Assembly: GCF_003351905.1 (NCBI RefSeq)
Contig: NZ_CP022339.1
Location: 480,001-512,000, forward strand
Length of the DNA: 32,000 bases
Origin: Candidatus Saccharimonadota bacterium
Lineage (GTDB): Bacteria; Bacteroidota; Bacteroidia; Cytophagales; Amoebophilaceae
Reading direction: 5' to 3'
A program made the position numbers and the translations under genes. Below are positions 27,681-32,000 of the stretch, in pieces (position 1 is the first letter of the stretch; each line of letters opens with the position of its first letter). Under the pieces are notes generated by a model. The model had not been told where the DNA came from. It worked only from the letters and a program-made list of their open reading frames with translations, and searched no databases.

Positions 27681-28325
27681 TTATGGCTTGAGCCCTCTAT
27701 TTTTTATAAAATCAACCGCAATGGCTAACCCTCTATGGTCTATAGAATGTGCAAGGTCTGCTAACTTATGTGCGCTACATGGTATCTTATGGTCAGATAA
27801 ATAATCTATGGCATGATCTATCGCCTCTACGGTTATTACGCTATCTGATACGCCATGAACCAAACAAATAGGTGTAGTGGTATTGATGCATTGCGAAGGG
27901 GCTACCAACAACCCAGAAAATCCTATGGTGCATAAGAAAGGTTCCGGCTGTATAAGGGTTAGATAGATACCCATCATGGCTCCCTGTGAAAACCCGATCA
28001 CAATGGTATCTTTATTGGCAAGGTGTAGCGCCATTTGTTTTTGCTTAATAATAGCTGCTATTGATGCTACATTGCTTCCCAATAACCTTTGCATCACATA
28101 GGGTGTGCGATCTTCTAGGCTGAACCATTGCCGCCCATGGGAGGCCATATCATAGGGTTCTATGCCATGTGGGGCCATGAAATGGCAATCTGGTAAATCA
28201 TCTTGGATATATGGTACCAATTTGATTAAATCATGGCCATTAGAACCGACACCGTGCAATAATACTACTAATTTTTTTGCTGGTAGTACTTTACTATCTG
28301 CTTCAGGATGTATTAAATTACTCAT
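27681..28325 (-). CDS. Phospholipase/carboxylesterase-family alpha/beta hydrolase
   Basis: Contains [14 protein letters not shown], the nucleophile elbow GFSQGA and a C-terminal His context (LADLAHSID). I prefer the ATG at 28325 (214 aa) over the track start at 28403. Confidence 0.75.
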   Translation of the reverse strand: MSNLIHPEADSKVLPAKKLVVLLHGVGSNGHDLIKLVPYIQDDLPDCHFMAPHGIEPYDMASHGRQWFSLEDRTPYVMQRLLGSNVASIAAIIKQKQMALHLANKDTIVIGFSQGAMMGIYLTLIQPEPFLCTIGFSGLLVAPSQCINTTTPICLVHGVSDSVITVEAIDHAIDYLSDHKIPCSAHKLADLAHSIDHRGLAIAVDFIKNRGLKP

Positions 28326-28451
28326 TATTGATTTGTTATTATTGTAAACCGAAAAGGTTGGTGCATCATCTATGCTATAACCATGGATGGAGCCATTCAG
28401 CATATGGTAACGTTCATGTAACCCCTATGATGCTTTTACCATCAATATATT

Positions 28452-29090
28452 ATGGAAAAACCAATAGTTGATACAATTTTTGAGATTTTAAGCCATAAAA
28501 ATCAAAACCCTACCACAGAACTAGTCTATAAAAATGCATTTACCCTATTGGTAGCGGTCATATTATCTGCACAAGCTACGGATGTATCGGTAAATATAGC
28601 CACAAAACCTTTATTTGAATGGTGTGATACACCAGAGCAAATGGTATGCCTTGGAGAGGAAGGATTGAAAAAATATATCAAATCTATTGGCTTGTTTAAC
28701 CATAAAGCCAAACATATTATTGCCTTATCAAAACAATTGATCAACCAGTATAATAGTTGTGTGCCCAACAGCTTTGAGGCACTTTTGCAATTACCTGGCG
28801 TAGGCAGAAAAACAGCCAACGTACTATTGAATTGTTTGTTTAACCAGCCCACTATTGCGGTGGATACCCATGTATTTAGGGTGTCCAAAAGGATTGGTTT
28901 AGCAAAGGGTACTACACCAGAAAAAGTAGAAAGCGAACTATTAAAGATCATAAATCCAAAATGGCACAACCATGCCCATCATTGGCTTATACTACATGGT
29001 AGGTATATTTGCAAAGCACGCAAACCCAACTGTACCGTTTGCCCTATTCAAGCATATTGCGCCTACTATCAAGAAGGTGGCAAAGCGTAG
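28452..29090 (+). CDS. nth: Endonuclease III (DNA glycosylase/AP lyase)
   Basis: Contains an HhH-GPD pattern ([22 protein letters not shown]) and a C-terminal [4Fe-4S] motif C-x6-C-x2-C-x5-C ([17 protein letters not shown]). Confidence 0.92.
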   Translation: MEKPIVDTIFEILSHKNQNPTTELVYKNAFTLLVAVILSAQATDVSVNIATKPLFEWCDTPEQMVCLGEEGLKKYIKSIGLFNHKAKHIIALSKQLINQYNSCVPNSFEALLQLPGVGRKTANVLLNCLFNQPTIAVDTHVFRVSKRIGLAKGTTPEKVESELLKIINPKWHNHAHHWLILHGRYICKARKPNCTVCPIQAYCAYYQEGGKA

Positions 29091-29113
29091 TCCCCCACTA
29101 AACTCCTTTCGGT

Positions 29114-30913
29114 TTAGTCATCCAACTTTAACACCGCCATAAAAGCCTCTTGTGGAATTTCTACTGAACCCACTTGTCGCATGCGTTTTTTACCTTTTTT
29201 TTGTTTTTCTAAAAGTTTCCTTTTTCGTGAGATATCACCACCATAGCACTTGGCAATCACATTTTTTCGTAATGACTTCACCGTTTCTCTAGCAATAATT
29301 TTCGTACCAATAGCTGCTTGAATACTTACTTCAAACATATGTCTAGGAATAATTTCCTTCAGCTTTTTACATAAAACCCTACCCCGTTCATAAGCATTTG
29401 ATCTATGTACAATAGCCGAAAGGGCATCTACCTTTTCGTTGTGTAATAAGATATCTAATTTTACTAGATCTGCAGCAGCAAACTTAGATAGTTCATAATC
29501 TAAAGAAGCATAGCCGCGTGAAATGGTTTTAAGTGTATCAAAAAAGTCGAAGACCACTTCTGCTAGAGGTAGTTCAAAAGAAAGCTCTACACGATCAGCT
29601 GTCAGGTAAACTTGATTTTTGAAAATCCCTCTTCGATCCATACAAAGTTTTATAATACCCCCCACAAATTCTGCCTTTGTGATAATTTGTGCCTTTATAA
29701 GCGGTTCTTCAATGCGATCAATGGTATTAGGGTCAGGCATATCTGCAGGCGCTTGCACATCTATGAGGCGACCTTTTTGGTCTATTACATGAAACTGTAC
29801 CGACGGTACGGTAGTGATAATGGTGATATTAAATTCTTTTTCCAGTCGTTCCTGGATAATCTCCATATGGAGCATGCCTAAGAAACCACATCGGAAGCCA
29901 AAACCCAAAGCAGCAGAACTTTCTGGCTCCCAAATCAATGCAGCATCATTTAACTTTAACTTTTCCATAGCATCCCGTAATGCTTCGTATTCAGTTGTAT
30001 CTACTGGATAGATTCCGGCAAAAACCATAGGCTTTACCTCTTCAAATCCCTTAATCATTGTGCCTACCGAACGGCCTGCTTTATCTACATGGGTAACTGT
30101 ATCGCCTACCTTTACCTCGCTTGCATTTTTAATGCCAGCAATCATATAGCCCACATGGCCTGCTGTTAAAAATGGCTTAGGTATTTGTTGCAATTTTAAT
30201 ATCCCCACCTCTTCCACTTTATAATCTGCATCTGTACTGATGCATTTAATTTGATCCCCTGTTTTAATGGTTCCATTAAAAAGGCGAAAATAGACCTCTA
30301 CCCCACGAAAAGTATTGTATAGCGAATCAAAAATCATCGCTTGCAGTGGCGCTTGTTGATCCCCTTTAGGAGCAGGTATACGGTGCACTACAGCTTCGAG
30401 TATCGCATCAATACCTATACCCTGTTTAGCGCTTGCAGCAATAATATCGGCTCGATCGCACCCTATGAGTTCTACGATTTGGTCTTTTACCTCCTCTGGC
30501 ATGGCCCCTGGCAAATCAATCTTATTTAATACAGGGATAATGGTTAGATTTTGCTCTAAGGCCAGATATAGATTAGAAATGGTTTGTGCTTCCACCCCCT
30601 GTGCCGCATCAACTACCAAGAGTGCCCCCTCGCACGCAGCAATAGAGCGGGATACTTCATAGGTAAAGTCTACATGCCCAGGTGTATCAATTAAGTTTAG
30701 TAAGTAGGGTTGACCATCGTATATATATTCCATTTGGATCGCATGACTTTTAATTGTGATGCCACGTTCACGCTCTAAGTCCATATTATCCAGTACTTGA
30801 TTTTTTTGCTCCCGTATCCCCACTGTTTTGGTTGCTTCTAGTAAACGATCTGCCAAGGTGCTTTTGCCATGGTCAATGTGTGCAATGATGCAAAAATTTC
30901 GAATATTTTTCAT
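29114..30913 (-). CDS. lepA: Elongation factor 4 (LepA)
   Basis: 599 aa. GTPase motifs [20 protein letters not shown] and NKID are present, with the LepA-specific C-terminus ..[24 protein letters not shown].. Confidence 0.95.
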   Translation of the reverse strand: MKNIRNFCIIAHIDHGKSTLADRLLEATKTVGIREQKNQVLDNMDLERERGITIKSHAIQMEYIYDGQPYLLNLIDTPGHVDFTYEVSRSIAACEGALLVVDAAQGVEAQTISNLYLALEQNLTIIPVLNKIDLPGAMPEEVKDQIVELIGCDRADIIAASAKQGIGIDAILEAVVHRIPAPKGDQQAPLQAMIFDSLYNTFRGVEVYFRLFNGTIKTGDQIKCISTDADYKVEEVGILKLQQIPKPFLTAGHVGYMIAGIKNASEVKVGDTVTHVDKAGRSVGTMIKGFEEVKPMVFAGIYPVDTTEYEALRDAMEKLKLNDAALIWEPESSAALGFGFRCGFLGMLHMEIIQERLEKEFNITIITTVPSVQFHVIDQKGRLIDVQAPADMPDPNTIDRIEEPLIKAQIITKAEFVGGIIKLCMDRRGIFKNQVYLTADRVELSFELPLAEVVFDFFDTLKTISRGYASLDYELSKFAAADLVKLDILLHNEKVDALSAIVHRSNAYERGRVLCKKLKEIIPRHMFEVSIQAAIGTKIIARETVKSLRKNVIAKCYGGDISRKRKLLEKQKKGKKRMRQVGSVEIPQEAFMAVLKLDD

Positions 30914-30997
30914 TAAACTTAATTAAGTCACGGAACAAAGTTTTGATCTGTTTTACCATTTATGGTACTGCAAGGTACGGAATTTAAAAAATAGTAT

Positions 30998-31005
30998 TAT
31001 CTTTG
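30998..31005 (+). promoter_or_regulatory. Bacteroidota-type -7 promoter box (TAnnTTTG) for rplS
   Basis: TATCTTTG ends 31 nt upstream of the rplS ATG. Confidence 0.5.
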
Positions 31006-31036
31006 CATTAACTTTTATGCAATTTTCTAACCGGTC

Positions 31037-31393
31037 ATGAATAACTTAATAAAATATGTTGAGGCGATGTGTAATCCTCAACCTGCCCGTATATTCCCCT
31101 CTTTTAAGGCTGGAGATACCATAAACGTACATGTAAAAATACAAGAAGGGAACAAGGTGCGTATTCAACAATTTCAAGGAGCAGTTATCCAACGGAAAAA
31201 TCCTAATACCAATGGAGAAACCTTTACCGTACGTAAAGTATCTAAGGAGGTTGGTGTGGAGCGTATTTTCCCCTTGCTTTGTCCCAACATTGATAAAATA
31301 GAAGTAAAAAGAAAAGGCCGTGTGCGTAGAGCCAGAATTTATTACCTACGTGGCAAACAAGGTAAAGCAGCACGTATTAAGGAGTTGAGATAA
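31037..31393 (+). CDS. rplS: 50S ribosomal protein L19
   Basis: 118 aa with the L19 pattern [33 protein letters not shown]...[24 protein letters not shown]. Confidence 0.95.
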   Translation: MNNLIKYVEAMCNPQPARIFPSFKAGDTINVHVKIQEGNKVRIQQFQGAVIQRKNPNTNGETFTVRKVSKEVGVERIFPLLCPNIDKIEVKRKGRVRRARIYYLRGKQGKAARIKELR

Positions 31394-31501
31394 AGCATTT
31401 TATTGTATATACCCCTAGTGGTTGTTGTTGCCTTTTTCCCCATTCAGGAATCGGCTTTTTGCTTTACTTTTTTAGATAAGTGTTACAATGCCTTTTTGGT
31501 A

Positions 31502-31509
31502 TATATTTG
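31502..31509 (+). promoter_or_regulatory. Bacteroidota-type -7 promoter box (TAnnTTTG) upstream of tRNA-Thr
   Basis: TATATTTG ends 39 nt upstream of the tRNA 5' end. Confidence 0.4.
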
Positions 31510-31548
31510 TATATTCATTTGCGGTTTGTAGCAGTGCATTTTTTAGTA

Positions 31549-31621
31549 GCCTCCTTAGCTCAACTGGTAGAGCAACTGATTTGTAATCAGTAGGTTGCTG
31601 GTTCGATTCCGGCAGGGGGCA
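31549..31621 (+). tRNA. tRNA-Thr (anticodon UGU)
   Basis: Manual cloverleaf: acceptor GCCTCCT/AGGGGGC, D arm GCTC-AACTGGTA-GAGC, anticodon arm ACTGA-TTTGTAA-TCAGT, variable loop AGGTT, T arm GCTGG-TTCGATT-CCGGC, discriminator A. 73 nt, CCA not encoded. Confidence 0.9.
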
Positions 31622-31700
31622 CGCAATGGCGGGGGCTTAAGCGCAATCTATTCTGGCACAGAGGTGCAATAGGTCAAGTCACTCCCCTCCCTAAATCACA

Positions 31701-32000
31701 TCACACCCGCTTCATCCTATTCAGATCTACTGGACCCGTAATACCTTGGACAGGTCCTCTACTATCGTATTGCCAAATGCTCCAATCACGCCAACCCCTT
31801 GGTAACTCATCTGGTAAGGGTGGCTGTTCACGCCATCTAGCAATCCATAGTGGACATTTCTGAACTATATCAGGGGTTACTGCTACATACTTGTTCCAAA
31901 AAGATGTGCTTGTATAGATGTAAGGCATAACCTTGGCATAATCGTTGAGATACCGAACACTTTGTTCTGTAACACGCTGCACTAAAGTGTAATCAGCACC
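31701..32000 (-). CDS. Glycoside hydrolase family 25 lysozyme/muramidase, C-terminal part (ORF runs off the window edge)
   Basis: The C-terminal GH25 pattern is PLWIARW...W..WSIWQYDSRGPVQGITGPVDLNRM. The frame stays open upstream of the GTG at 31982 to position 32000 (GADYTLVQRV..). Confidence 0.7.
   Translation of the reverse strand, partial: GADYTLVQRVTEQSVRYLNDYAKVMPYIYTSTSFWNKYVAVTPDIVQKCPLWIARWREQPPLPDELPRGWRDWSIWQYDSRGPVQGITGPVDLNRMKRV

Noticed and set aside
28526-28969. 147-aa minus-strand ORF inside nth, and similar 60-110 aa ORFs antisense to or overlapping uvrA (13391-13684, 13828-14076, 13949-14275), secDF (24714-24977, 25434-25637, 25818-26048), lepA, the symporter genes (e.g. 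1094-1360, 4595-4858, 5114-5365) and lspA (17942-18196, 18042-18239).
   Set aside because: All lie within or opposite strongly supported conserved genes, have no recognisable motifs and have low-complexity or odd composition. They are typical shadow ORFs.
31622-31640. Possible att-like partial duplication of the tRNA-Thr 3' end (ggcagggggca versus ggcgggggct). Also a shared 9-mer, gcaatggcg, with repeat copy C.
   Set aside because: The matches are too short and imperfect to distinguish from chance in 32 kb. The flanking sequence beyond the window would be needed.
1-32000. Scan for CRISPR arrays, rRNA genes, intact IS elements or integrases, and toxin-antitoxin-sized gene pairs.
   Set aside because: I saw no regularly spaced direct repeats, no rRNA-like conserved blocks and no intact transposase or integrase ORF. 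All small ORFs are shadow ORFs of larger genes.

Overview
The window looks like a chromosomal segment of an A+T-rich Bacteroidota genome. Support: a fused SecDF, long Bacteroidota-type LspA proteins, TAnnTTTG -7 boxes 30-40 nt upstream of three genes, and almost no Shine-Dalgarno sequences. There are signs of reductive evolution: transposase remnants, a broken AAA+ gene and an intergenic hairpin-repeat family. This would fit an intracellular symbiont of the Amoebophilus/Cardinium type, but that is unverified inference. Housekeeping genes I can support from motifs are uvrA, lepA, secDF, mgtE, nth, rplS, tRNA-Thr(UGU), tsaC, a 2-oxoacid dehydrogenase E2, two tandem lspA copies, an MscS-type channel, a Cys/Met-family PLP enzyme, a carboxylesterase, an MFS-like transporter and a partial GH25 lysozyme at the right edge. 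The most unusual content is at 274-7523. Two divergently transcribed, distantly paralogous ~1150-1200 aa proteins each combine a sodium:solute symporter (SSF/SLC5) domain, a second ~6-helix membrane block, a histidine-kinase-like core with eroded ATP-binding motifs, and a C-terminal RelA/SpoT-type HD (ppGpp-hydrolase-like) domain. The HD domain is catalytically intact in one paralog and substituted at every catalytic position in the other. All domain calls are by-eye motif recognition; no searches were run.
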